Positions 39,958-52,130 of a DNA stretch of 64,000 nucleotides are shown here, piece after piece. Under the pieces are notes generated by a model that was not told where the DNA came from, did no database searches, and saw nothing but the letters and a program-made list of their open reading frames with translations. The stretch is from Dicyema japonicum (lineage: Eukaryota; Animalia; Dicyemida): NCBI GenBank assembly GCA_011109175.1, contig RDEW01000002.1, positions 260,299 to 324,298 on the forward strand, read 5' to 3'. Position 1 is the stretch's first letter, and every line of letters begins with the position of its first letter. Position numbers and translations under genes: made by a program.

Positions 39958-41199
39958 TTAAATCATTGGAATATTCTCCATTGATTCTATTATATTTCTT
40001 CGATGTTTGACATAAAAAAACCAAAAAATTCCAATAATTGTAAGTACTACTGCAGTGATAGTAAATCCCATAATTTTATATTTCTTTAAATGAATAGACT
40101 TATCATTTGTAAGAATTATTTTAGAATTTTGTAAAAGAGTAAACAATTTTTTCCTTCTAGCTACATCACTTTCAAAACACCCAGAATCTAAATCTACCAA
40201 AATTAAAACCTTTTCCGATAAAATTTAAATTCGAATCATTCCTAAAAAATTGAGCTTTTAATGATGAGAATTTAGCACGAACTTTAGGGAGATTAATCTT
40301 AATTAATTGACAATGATGGTAATCTCCAACAGCAACATAATTCGGATTATTATTATACCATGTCCCCATATTTTTTTTTTTGTAGATAAAAGTAATTTCC
40401 GAAATATAATATTTATTTTGTTTTATTTTTAATATAAAAAAAATTTCAATTTTTTCTTGATTTAGATGCAATTTAATTATGTCGTTTTCAAATTCAATTT
40501 TTTGAGTATGACTTTGAAGTAAAAAAGACGTATATGTCGTCTATAATCAAATTTAAATTTTTACAGATTCACTAATGTAAATGTTGATTTCAATATTCCC
40601 ACTTAATATAGCAAAGAGTCGATTTCCAACCATAAAATACCAAATTGGAGTATTTGGATCGTTAGATGGGTTACAGTCATTAGCTAGATTAAATTATATA
40701 ATAACCTTTTCCATGTATATAATGAGAAATATATTTAGTTCTATATTGAATTATCAAAGAATATATTGTTAAAGAATAATCATCACCCAAACTGATGGAA
40801 GTATCTCCACATCTGTAATATTCTCCATTTTTGATTTCTGTGATGTTTTTTGTATTTCTGTAGGTTTTATTATCTATTTTGATTAATTATTAAATTACTG
40901 GAGTTTAATTTAATTTTCATTGATATGTTGTAGATTTCCTTAGAAGGTTGAATGAAAATTTCGAACGTTAAATTATGTTTCTTGATTTCATATTTTAATT
41001 TATATTTGTTATTTGTAGATTTGATTTTGAATAGATCACTTATTTTCTATTATAGTTAATTATAAAATACATTCTCATAGATATTTGTCAAAATACAATC
41101 TCCATACAATATTATATTATGTGAATTAAATTTAGCTCCAATTTTTGTGATGAAAGATAAGAATATTAACAACATAAAATTATTCAATGAACACGTCAT
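39958..41199 (-). CDS. LAMP-like type I membrane glycoprotein with two luminal domains, 366 aa from ATG 41175 or 374 aa from ATG 41199
   Basis: Introns 41047-41070, 40874-40898, 40684-40705, 40541-40564 and 40188-40209 give an intact ORF. It has a signal-like MLLIFLSFITKIGA and two repeats ending NGEYYRC..LIIQY..GKANDC and VGDYHHC..LKAQFF..GKDSGC (LAMP GxSYxC..QxF..FG...C pattern). Also N-sequons, a Pro-rich linker, a TM helix and a short tail. Confidence 0.8.
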
Positions 41200-41859
41200 T
41201 TAGGTCACCTATTAATGAATTTAGTTTATTATATATTAATAAATTTTATCATTTTTTAAAAACTTTTGGATAATGTATGCGTTATTAATCAGAAACAAAA
41301 TAGTTAATTATATTTCTTTGACCTACTTGGTTGAACGTTCTCATCCAATACTCTGCACCTTTCTTACTAAGTTCAATTTATACGTCGCAACGCGACCCAT
41401 TTGTCTTAAAAAATACCCAACACCATCACAGCATCAATAAGGATTATTTCATCTCTCTCACTCCATATTGATTGATAAGTATCATATTGATTGATAAAGT
41501 TTTGTTAATGATTGACCACGTGAGCCACAGATAGCTTTGTGCAATGTGCCAGAAACATAAAGAAGAAATACCAATCCTTGGAATTTACTTATCTTGTGCT
41601 TTTTACACTATCAATCAATCTCATTATGCTAATCTATGTACTACAATTCAATAAGACTTAAAAACGACACCGGCGCATCACAGGAGACTCGTTCTTTTCG
41701 TTCCTATTCATTATATACCTGGAGACAGCTCTAAGATTACTCCAGGAAAAGAATTGTTTCAGTAACGTGATAAAAGTAATCTAAGTCGACGATTTTGATT
41801 TCATCTGTCGAAATAGGGATGCGCTGGAAACTATACTAAAGTGATCCCTCAAAAATTGG

Positions 41860-42540
41860 AGGTAGTAGACTTAGACAAAACGGAAAGAACTTGCATATCC
41901 CGTTGCACGACGAGGATCAAGGAAATGTAAGGAACATGCAATAAAGTTGGATCTTTCTTGGAGGACTCGGAGGACGTTATTCACAAGAATCATAGGAATG
42001 TTCTGGCGGTTACTTCTTTCAAAAAATTCTGGGCGATCTGGTACGACAAAGCACATAGCCCCCGCCTTCGAATTCCGTTTTAAAACTCCTTTATCTAACC
42101 AATTCTACTTTACTACGCGGGGACCTGAGGCCTAATCACCAAAGAACTGGAAAGTTCAACTCATTCCACAGAAAAAACGACTTCTTGCCATCTACTGGCC
42201 AAATGGATGATCAACAAAGAGCTCTACAGAACACTAAAACATCACAGATTGAGAATAAAGTGACCTCAGTGAAATGGCAACTCTTTGGACATGTCCTAAG
42301 AGCTTCGGAAATGACACCAGCCAATCAGGTCATAAAGTCATACCTTTCAATATTGAACAAAACAACGAATCGAGGTCGACAAAGAACAACGTTGCCGTCA
42401 ACGCTCAACAAAAAACTCCTGTGCATAGAGAGGAAACTGAAATGAAGAGAGGATCTGGACGATCTGAGGACGATTGCGAGAAACAGGGGAAGATAGATAC
42501 GATTTACAGCGCGTATCCTGGGATGCATTGAAAAATGGAA
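41860..42540 (+). mobile_element. RTE-like LINE 3' remnant
   Basis: KWQLFGHVLR...TPANQ...RGRQRTTLP. Confidence 0.7.
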
Positions 42541-43149
42541 TCTCAAATAATTAACTTATCTGGTTCCGTGGACAATGCTAATTATAATAAATCCAACATT
42601 GAATGAACTTGGGAAATCGTTTATTTGAAGCTGGGCGCGTAGCATGATAGTTAATATAAGAATCAGACTTCACGCCACTTAGTATGAAAGGAAAAAAACA
42701 GACAAAAACAGAAATATACAACCAATTAGCCACGTGGGGTCACGTGGAATTCAGAAGTATATTCAGCACATATAATAATTATGTTCATCCTGCCATAGTG
42801 AGGTTACGTTTTCATGAATAATCACTGGACTATAGGATAGCAAATGATCTTTTTTATGTTATCACGGCACCTGAACCCTCAGTAGACAAGTGGATCACAT
42901 GAAATCATGCTAATGCTAATAAAAAAAGTATACATAATGGGAGTGATAAACATTTTTTTAATTTTTTTACGGATGTATCATTAAAACTAACAAATGCTGT
43001 TTTGGCAAAATCAAAACGTCTACGGTGCTTTAGACACGTGACAATAACCACATCTTACTGGATATATGTCAGATGACTTGAACTTTCAGATGAGAGTCTT
43101 GGAAATGATTCCACGTCTTCATAAAACAGTCCAAGCCTTAAAAGTACTG

Positions 43150-43930
43150 ATTTCTATTTTTCTAATTATTCGCAAGTAATGTGATAACTGGCTATATTTC
43201 CATAAATTTATTTGAGACTGGGCAGCAAGAAAGATCTGGTGAAATTGGTTAGTCACGACTTTTGGATGGGGTTCTTGTGTGTCTGTTTCTGCATTCAGGA
43301 TTAATTTTCGTCAATGCTGTCTGATAATCGAGATCATTTATTCTTCAGTTGTTAATTTTTATACCAATGGTAACTCTGCGTTCATGTCGACACAAATTAA
43401 GACTTTTTTTCATTCTGGTAAAGTGGCCGAGTTCAGGACAGTAGCAAGAGGATACAAGAGAGATTTAAATATTGACTTTTGTCATTCGAATGGAGGGAAG
43501 GTTTATCTTCATTGTGATAAATAGGGTGAATCTTCCTCATGTATTCTGTTTTATAAGTACACTACTTTGATCTGATTCTTTACGATGGTAAGGAGACCAA
43601 TTTTTTGGTCTCTAGAGAACAATATCGTAGGAAGTATGGGGTCAAGTTTTATAAATCAGTTCCGTCTTTTGAAATGAGGCGATATCCACTGGTTGGATTG
43701 AATAAAACGTTAAGTTCAATGATCTTAGTTCGAATTTCATTTATTTTTATTTTGAGAAAAATCAATGTCGGTCCTGGGTTAGGGTCTACGTCATCGACAT
43801 AATCAGAAATCCACGACACCATCCAAGTTCTCCAGGAGAATGGGATAAGGAGTTTACGGCTCTTTTTCACATCCAATGTGAAATGCACCACGTCATTGGT
43901 CTGGCACGCGACATTTTTATTCCTCAACTT
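43150..43930 (-). mobile_element. Decayed LINE APE region preceded by a 2A-like motif
   Basis: DDVDPNPGP directly precedes LIFLKIKINEIRTK (APE motif I, xQxNxNG-like); DIASFQKTEL (motif II-like) and SPDLS follow in other frames. Confidence 0.6.
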
Positions 43931-44010
43931 AGGAAGGAAAAATTTTACTTTTATTAAACAGACTTTTTTTATTTAAAATAATTATTAAATAAAAATCATA
44001 TTAAATTCGA

Positions 44011-44677
44011 ATGTGTGCTCTTGTATCTGTGCCTTCTGGTGGTGATATTCCTCAAAGTGCAGTAAGGTGCACTGATGAAGAGATATATTCGGTGCAACAG
44101 AAGTACATAAGAAATGCTTCCTACAGAGAAATGTAAATTTATAAATGACTCACAGGTGGCCGCTCAAACTGGGAAATTACATCTCAGCCGGACTTGCAGC
44201 AGCCACCGGATTTTATTTAACAGACTACGTCAAGAAGTTTTTTAAGTAATTATGTCTATTTATTGTGGAATCGAAAGGAGGTTCACCGTCGTTATTAGCT
44301 ACTTGGGATCCGCGTGCGTTCCTGGCATTCTGACGTACGTTTTGTACAATGAAAGTACTAAAAAGCAACTCCTCGGTCGTTTATCGTCCAAAACACGTGG
44401 TACTTTGAAAGTTGTTGGAACCCAATTAATGCTTGGTGTGGCTTACCCGATAGTGATGTCACACATCACTGCCTTTTTCGCTCTCAGAAAGCATATTTTG
44501 AGCACACTTCCTTCATTTAAGTCTTTTTCAGAGTTTTACATGTTCACCATTCAGCCGTATCGTTTTAAAATTGTCGCCATGCTTAGTCTTCTGCATTTAC
44601 TAATTATTTCTTTCCTCTTTAATATGCAGTATTATTGTATTCAGAATACCTTGGTCCCAGGAATGACTCACGTGTGA
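44011..44677 (+). CDS. TMEM126-like mitochondrial inner-membrane protein, about 203-206 aa
   Basis: Intron 44133-44155, plus a second intron from 44246 (to 44268 or 44277). Four hydrophobic segments; LLGRL..TRGTLK...LMLGVAYPIVMS...RKH..STLP resembles the TMEM126 core as I recall it. Confidence 0.7.
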
Positions 44678-45834
44678 CTATATTTTGATTAATAACCTTT
44701 TAGTTTTTTTAATATTTATTATCAAAATTGATAACGCTAATGATGAATCTAGTGAACATTCTTGATTATTATTTGGTCCGCTTTTGAGTTATATGCTAGA
44801 CCCGATATACATACGGATCTCTCGTAGTATAGGCTTTTCGATTTACTTTATGCTTGCCACAGGTCTCCTTAACTTGAAAGGACCGGGCGTAAGTAAGTAG
44901 GTAAGACATGGAAGGATATTAAGATAATTCATTGGTTGGTTTTATAACCTCTTCTAGTACTTCGAGGGATCTAAGATACGTGATGGGGTTAAATGATTCA
45001 TTGATGAGTTGAGTCTTGGTCTGTTAAACGTATATTCTAGTACTTGTTTATGTTCTTCAATGATGGAATACTGCAAGTCTTTTTATGGTAGCATCACCTA
45101 ATGTATCTCATCCTCAAGTTCCATCATCCTTTTAATGAGAAATAAGAAACAAATTACTGTCATTAATTAAAGATTTAATGGAACCACGGTCAACTGAGAT
45201 TTATTTATTTAATATGCCTTGATATAACAGAGAGAGGTTATGAGTTAATGAACGTATAATAAAGGTGTAATTCGTTCTCAATTATGAATACAGCTGGTGG
45301 TTGCTAACTGTTTTAATTGGCTTGATAAAAAAATTAAGGTTTATCTAATTACTTCGGTCAGAGGGAGACGTTTCCATCCGTAGCATTATGTCCATCTATA
45401 TATGCCATTGTGGGAACCCCTCCAATGGATTAATTAAAAGAGGGATCTTTTTTGGATGTGTTCTTCACACTGGGCGTCTTGCGAGTCAGGTGGATCCTAT
45501 AACGCTTTTTAAGAATTGAAAAAAGCAAAGGACAGAAAGGAACTAATTATGTAGCGAGTTGAAGTCGAACTCACAGCTAATTGCGAGAAATTGCACTTAG
45601 ATAAATTACAATCTCCGTTGGCTAACCTGAAAGTACAGTCCGCTTCATGACATAAAATCCTTTTGTTTTTTCATGAATATAGATAGGTGATTGACTCAAG
45701 AGTCATCGGAAATCAGATGTTTTGAGCAACTAAAGCGTAGATTTTTTTGAAATAATCAGAGGAATGAAGCCTTCTTTCATGATTGTATATGAATTTTCAG
45801 TATAAAATATTACAGGAATACTGGATTATTAGTT

Positions 45835-45945
45835 AGATGACTACAGCGTAGATGAGTAAAACCTTCAACCAACAGTGCAGCAGCAAGATTCGAACTAGGG
45901 AGCATCAGGACTCTTGCACTGAACTCGTTACAGTGCGACATCCGG
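45835..45945 (-). mobile_element. tRNA-derived SINE (family A), partial
   Basis: AACCTTCAAC...GTGCAG...AGATTCGAACTAG..CAGG.CTCTTGC aligns with 36680-36740. Confidence 0.6.
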
Positions 45946-46789
45946 CCTGTGTATCCGAGAGTTTTACTGTGTATTAAAATAACTTTAGAAAAATTTGATA
46001 TGTAAAACTTACATATTTCTTTATCTTAAAGAGTGTGCCATAAACTCCCTGTTATTTCCCATCTCCACATCAGATTCAGTCTAAATTATCTCTGTTGGAG
46101 TCCAGTTGGCTGTCCTCACGGCATGAGTTCCACAAGTTGGGGGTAGCAGAGGCGTACTTTTTGTCGTATACCTTCATCTCATGTTTATGTTCAATGAGCA
46201 TACTTTCGAGCGTTCTCTTCAGCGCACAACCGATTGGATGTAAGTCCTCGTTGATTCTTCAATAGATAATTTATCCATATAATTCCTAAAGCATCTTGAG
46301 ACAACTCCATCTATTATCAACAGCACAAATCAATTTATGATTGTTATTAAGGCGATTCTAGAAAACAAAATGTTTTTTGTTAAAATCCTAATATTTCAAA
46401 CAATCTTCATTTTTTAAATGTGCAAATATGGCTTAAACAAGAATTAGTCATCTTATTGCAAAGCATATGAAGCCATATACTGATGGAGAAATTTGAATGA
46501 GGCTATTACAATACTTATCGTAGAATGTGTTCTCAAAGTATCCTCGACATCTATTGTGCCTGCTTTTAAAAAGCTAATTGATTAATGATTTATAAATATT
46601 ACTTTTTTATATTAATTAAGTTTTTAAAAATGGCGGCCCTTACAAATAAAATAATTTATTGATTTGGCCCCTGGGTCAAAATTCTTGAAAACCACTGGTC
46701 TTAATCGACGTGTCAACTCTGATTTCGACATTTTGAGTCGTCAATATTGACTGAACCGAATGTCCTTTCAATTTCCTGCTTCTTTTGAT

Positions 46790-48640
46790 TCCATAAATTC
46801 GACAAAGATGAAGATCGATACACTTTACCACTTTATTATGTTTCATGATAATCACTGTTTAGCATTTTACCACACTGAGTGGCCAAATGATCGACAGTTT
46901 TCCTGCTTTTTTGCAATGGCTGCAAATGACCCAGTGTGTGCGAAAAACAAATTCCTATCTTGCAGGAGACAGTACAATGCTTCGCTCCGTGGGCCGTTGT
47001 TTCCTTGGATAACCATCCTGAGGAAGTAGATAGGTCGACATTTGTTCATCATGCATTTGAACATAATGAGTGTAGTGTTTGCAATAAATTTTATCCAAAA
47101 AATTTCCTCTGAGTGTCCTTGAAGGACTGAATATCCATCCTTTCCCTGTCGGCAATTGCATATTTAAAGGCAAGAAATCCTGCGATTGTAGCCAAGTGCC
47201 ATTTTTTTTGTTTTTATTACTCGTAGAATCCCCTACCTTCCAAACACACAGTCGACTGTTTTTCCAAACTTTTATTGAACTGGAGAGTATTAATTCGTTC
47301 TTAAACGATATAGAGATAAGTCCTCTTCCAAAAGTCATGTCCAAATACATCCTTTCTTTATTTGCAGGTTTGAGGTGCAAATTGAGTGACGTAAGCAGTT
47401 GCCGTATTTGACGGTCAATGCTATCATAATTGCGCATTCATGTTTTTAAAAGCATGGTTGTTCTCTTCTTGACATTTTCAAGTATGGACTCCATGACTTT
47501 ATTTTTTGAGAACATTACATCCCTCATCTTCAAAAAACACCAAAATATCGATATCCATTGACTCTTCCACATTCTCACAGCATGCTAACGATTTAACATT
47601 AGAGACTGACTTTTCCAAATTCATCTCCAAGCCGGCAACATGAAAGAACTCGCTAACAATTTCCATCATTTTAATAACAGTATCTTATTTTAGTCCAAAT
47701 ATCTTTAGATCGTCAATAAAAAATGTTTGGTAGAATAAGCCAGAGAATTAGGATCTTCCTGATTAATTTGAAGTCTTGGGAACATAGAGTTAAAGATCCT
47801 GCTCAAGGGTTCCATTACCATGACAAATAATTGAAGGGATAATGAAGAATTCCACGTCCCAGCTTTACAGAACCAATTCTTTTTCCAAGTGGAGATTTTC
47901 AGTCTACTTCTTGACTATGGTCTTCACAAAGTTAACAATCCAACGGGGTATTCCTGAACAGTCCAATACATGAAATAAAAATTCATGATCAACAGAATCG
48001 AAGGCCTTCTTCACATCAACCCAAGCAGAATAAAGGGCGTTTCCATACTCCTTATTTAAGCATTGATTAATAAGGGCCTGTTCCTTAGCGACAATGTTTC
48101 CTCGTCCACATCTGATTGTCAGATAATAGAAGTATTACAGCCTCTTCCCTAAAGGAAATCGGGGGAAAATTGGCCCACCGCAAGAAAGACGTGCGGGAAG
48201 TGGTCTGGCTGAGGCAAAGAATTGGTATCGCAGTTGTCCGCGGAAACGCTTACTCCGTGATGTCAGCAGCCGCTCTCCCATAGTTAATAAATAATATTTT
48301 ATTGTTAATAAATTTTTATTATGAAAAAAATAGACTAAACAAATCCAAAATCTAAGAGTTCGTCATTAACACATTTGGTAATAAGTTTATATAATGTTGG
48401 CATACACGTTATAGGACGTAAGTCTTTAGGAGTCTCACAATCATCCTTTTTAGGAATTAAATAGGTTATTCCAATGTAAAACTAACTTTCAGGCATATAT
48501 TCCCAATTAATAATTCGATTAATCTCAGTACATAAAAAGCCATGTAAAGATTCCATTTTCTTAATAAAAAAATTGTGTGACCTATCGCATCCAACGCCAT
48601 CCAATCGGGGAGCCAGTTATTAACATCCTATTTAATGTGA
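46790..48640 (-). mobile_element. Decayed REL-type (R4/NeSL-like) LINE reverse transcriptase
   Basis: GITYLIPK, LLSDNQ, WVDVKKAFDSVDHEF, SLSLQLFVMVMEPLSR, FIDDLKIF, FGRGL and IFAHTG. Confidence 0.8.
48131..48328 (+). mobile_element. 5'-truncated CRE-like copy nested in the LINE, 6-bp TSD
   Basis: Near-identical to 18082-18221; AATAGA at 48125-48130 and 48329-48334; removing it restores the host frame DLFSLLSDNQ. Confidence 0.85.
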
Positions 48641-49189
48641 GAACGGACAAGGTAGTGGACTCGGAGACATTATAAGAATTTATATTTGGATTTTAATGAG
48701 AATATGAATATTTTTAAGAATTAAAGTTAAATAGTAAAATTTCTAATGAATGGGTACATTCAAAATACCAGAACTTGAGAATTACGTGATCCCAACCCAT
48801 AACAACAGTCTCTTCAACTTGGCTCGTTGTTCCCCTTTAAATAAAATTATTCATTCATTCAAAAACTATTGGTCATTTGTCAGAAAGTCCACGTGTATGA
48901 TAATAGTTGACATGATTCTATATATGTTAGTAATAATATAGCTGTAATCCCATATGCATAGATTCTAGGAGATCATTCTTGTCTAAGTTCCACCAATGAC
49001 CATAATGCGGATTAGAACTTTAACTTTTCCTTGACGTTTCTTTTATTTTTCCTTGAGTTAATAATAATAAAGCCTTTTCACGAGAGCCATAGTATTTATA
49101 GCTCCGCATAGGCAGGACACACACTTTATTTAAGTAAAGAACAGTTAATTTTAACTAATCGTAGAACCAAGGAATGATCTTCACTTCTT

Positions 49190-49382
49190 TTTTTCTTTTT
49201 CTTGTGTGAGTGTCCTTTCTAGACAATCCAGTTCCGCAGTGAGTATCCACTGATGACGGCGTCACTCGTCAAACCCTTTCTGCATCGTAGATGCGTGGAA
49301 CCTTCCACCAGGTGAACAGAAGCGAGATTCGAACCCGTAGCCTAAGCCACTTAAGCCCGACACCTAACCACTATGCCACACT
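49190..49382 (-). mobile_element. tRNA-derived SINE (family A), near full length
   Basis: A box TGGCATAGTGG (49368-49378), B box GGTTCGAATCT (49325-49335), conserved body and A-rich tail. Confidence 0.85.
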
Positions 49383-49824
49383 TTTCCCTGAGTTAGAAGA
49401 GAAGAAAAAAATTTATAGTGAAATATTGGTCATTTCTAGACTCGCCTCATCATATTCGACAGATTTGGCCACTTGAGCATTAGAAAATGGTAGAAATATA
49501 TTTATTCGATAATGAAGCTCTAAAGAAAAATTCATGCACCTTGTATGAGTCCACTTATGTATTTTTAAAAAGGTAGTGGTACGCGGGTTTAAAAAATAGT
49601 GGGGTGTGCAAACCAGACAAGAAGCAGGAAATTTAGTAAAAATTCTATTTAAACTTTAACCAGAGCAACAATCCTCCCACGTGTTCCTGTTAGCTATCAG
49701 AACTCGTTAAGGTAAACCATTAAGAAGAAATTTGTCTTAAACCAGGACAAACGACTTAAACTGTAAAATAAGCGGGTGCTCAGAAAATCAAACAATACAA
49801 TTAAAAACCAAAAAAACAGTTAAA

Positions 49825-50304
49825 TCAAAACTTAGTAAAGCTCTTCTTGGTTGTTCCTGTAGCAGATTGGACTTTTAGGACGACAAAACTGACTGTCTTT
49901 GAGAGAGGCCTGCATTCCCCCAACAGCACTATATCACCTTCCTTAGCATCTCTGAAAGCAGGAGACATGTGGGCTGAGATATTCTTGTGTCTCTTCTCAT
50001 ACTTTCCGTATTTTGAAATGTAGTGGAGACTTGACCTCACAGCCACGATTGTTCTGTTCATTTTCATTTTCTTTATGGTTGCCTTTAGGAGACGTCCACG
50101 GATTGAAATGTTCCCAGTGAAAGGACACTTCTTGTCAATGTACGTACCATTTATGGCTTCCTGAGGAGTCTTGATTCCTAGTCCGACGTTTCTTACATAG
50201 CGAAGGTTCTGCTTCTTCGTTATCTTTGATGGCTTCCTGTTGAGAAATACGGTAGGTTGTCTGGCAAAATGCCTATCTCCCTGATCACCAGAAGAAATTC
50301 CCAT
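49825..50304 (-). CDS. RPS11: 40S ribosomal protein S11 (uS17), 159 aa, intronless
   Basis: [60 protein letters not shown]. Confidence 0.98.
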   Translation of the reverse strand: MGISSGDQGDRHFARQPTVFLNRKPSKITKKQNLRYVRNVGLGIKTPQEAINGTYIDKKCPFTGNISIRGRLLKATIKKMKMNRTIVAVRSSLHYISKYGKYEKRHKNISAHMSPAFRDAKEGDIVLLGECRPLSKTVSFVVLKVQSATGTTKKSFTKF

Positions 50305-50316
50305 GTTAAAGAACTA

Positions 50317-50322
50317 CACGTG
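50317..50322. promoter_or_regulatory. CACGTG E-box 12 bp upstream of the RPS11 ATG
   Basis: Palindrome between an AT-only tract and the start codon; function inferred only. Confidence 0.35.
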
Positions 50323-51949
50323 AATATTTAAATTTATTAATTAAAAAAATATTATATTAATTAATTGAATTTTGTATTTTGATTATTTTAAAATGATACA
50401 GAGTTTTTTAATTTCTTAATAACTTTGGCGGAAAAGCTGACACTCTTTTAGAGACACTGTGGTCCGTTATGATTGCAGGAGGTACGCGATAGAGGACCAC
50501 TCACTATTGTGAAAAATATATATCTTTTAAAGACTTGAATCCACAAACATAAAGTTTTTGGACTCAAACTAAACTATAGAACAGATTAAACCAATTTTCA
50601 GCTGTTTTTATGTTTCTCGATTTCTTAGGCCAATCTGTTCATTCCTCCACAAACACCCTGTCACATCCTACACCCGTTTTGTTAACTTCACACTTCTCTG
50701 ACAACTGAGGCAAGTAGTCTAAATGATATGATCTACTTGAATGACCCAAAATTTCACTAGAACCTAATTAATGCAAATTGATAGTTGAGCCTCCTGATCT
50801 AACTATAAGTTTTCCAGCGACCACAACTCTATCCTTAAAGTTAAGAAAATTTCGACTGGGCTCAGACAACAAACTAAAACTAAGAAATTCAAGAACTATA
50901 AGAATGTTGATTGGTCTGGTTTCAGTATTTTAGTGACGAAGAATTATCCAGAAGACTCTCATCACAAATACATTCGATAGCCAGTACAAAAATTGTCATT
51001 GCGGCCATTCAAAAGCTGAAATGTGTTTACCCCTTTCATCATACAAATTTATACCCTCAATTTTCATCGACTTGAGCATAAGAGAACACTGGGACCAGAG
51101 AGGATGACACCTGGTTAGTTCTTTACAAAAAAGTTCATCCCTCCAATTCTGGAAAACATTAAAATATAAAATTGGAGTTCCACTTTCCATCAAGTCAGAG
51201 CATGCGAAGACTGCTGAGGAAGGCCTGGGATCACCTCATTTTTTTCATTCTGGTCATGACTGGTTTTCTGGTTCAAGTTAATTTAAACAAAACCGGAAAC
51301 ATTTTGTTCAGTTTCAAAACAGTCTGAAGAACCTGGACACATAAACAGAAGCAACCATACAACGAATTATTCTCATAAAATCAGGTTTTAAAACTTATTG
51401 CCGATTAAAGGGTCACCGGCATGCAGCCCTGACAAAGTATGTTCATTTCATCAAAAATAGCTGAGCCACTATGCAATTGGCTACCTCACGCTAATATTTG
51501 ACTTTTCATAAAATACAAATAGATCCCCAAGATCTGGAAAAATTCGATATTCACACCATTATTGAAGGCTGGAGAACCGAAGAGAGATCCTGTTTCATAC
51601 AACCCCTTCTAGATAACGCCACTATTGGTTAATTACTCCATCTTCTCTTTAACCTAGAATCAACACGGTTGCGATTTTGGAGATCGACTACAACACACTT
51701 ATCAGAGCTGTCAAATACATTTGCCGATGGTTTTAGTGCTACTTCGCCCACATGCGTACAACGATGGTCTCCATTGACAGTAATAAAGCATTCGACACGT
51801 TTTTAAGGAAACTTCTTATTGGGAAGATTTTTGTTTTAAAGATACACTACAGATGTAAATCAGGGGCGCCACACTCACTAGGAGATGTGGCAGACAAGGC
51901 TAGGTGGGGAAAATCCGAAAGTACGGATCACTCTGTTAACTACAATTTG

Positions 51950-52130
51950 ACTTATATTGCGATGAAGACTTCGGGGGTCGTGGGAGAGAAGACGGACCTG
52001 TTTCTCTTCAGTATCGGACCAAGGCTAGCTTTGAAAAGATTGATTTCCCAGAAGGACTCTGGTTAAAGCAGATCCTCGAGATGACGGTGATCAGAGAGAA
52101 CGCCTTAGCAATCCTGGCCTCAATTAAAAA
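51950..52130 (+). mobile_element. CRE-like 3' remnant
   Basis: IAMKTSGVVGEKT..FL.SIG.RLA...WLKQILEMTVIRENA, then an A run. Confidence 0.55.

Noticed and set aside
44780-45060. MYIGSS as a Penelope GIY-YIG remnant
   Set aside because: Single short motif with adjacent stops; too little to annotate.
49250-49275. CTGATGA in SINE-A as a hammerhead core or C/D box
   Set aside because: No GAAA or stem arrangement; it lies on the antisense strand of the SINE.
49320-49382. Possible tRNA gene
   Set aside because: No closed acceptor stem, and it is attached to a multi-copy body and tail, so it is a SINE head.
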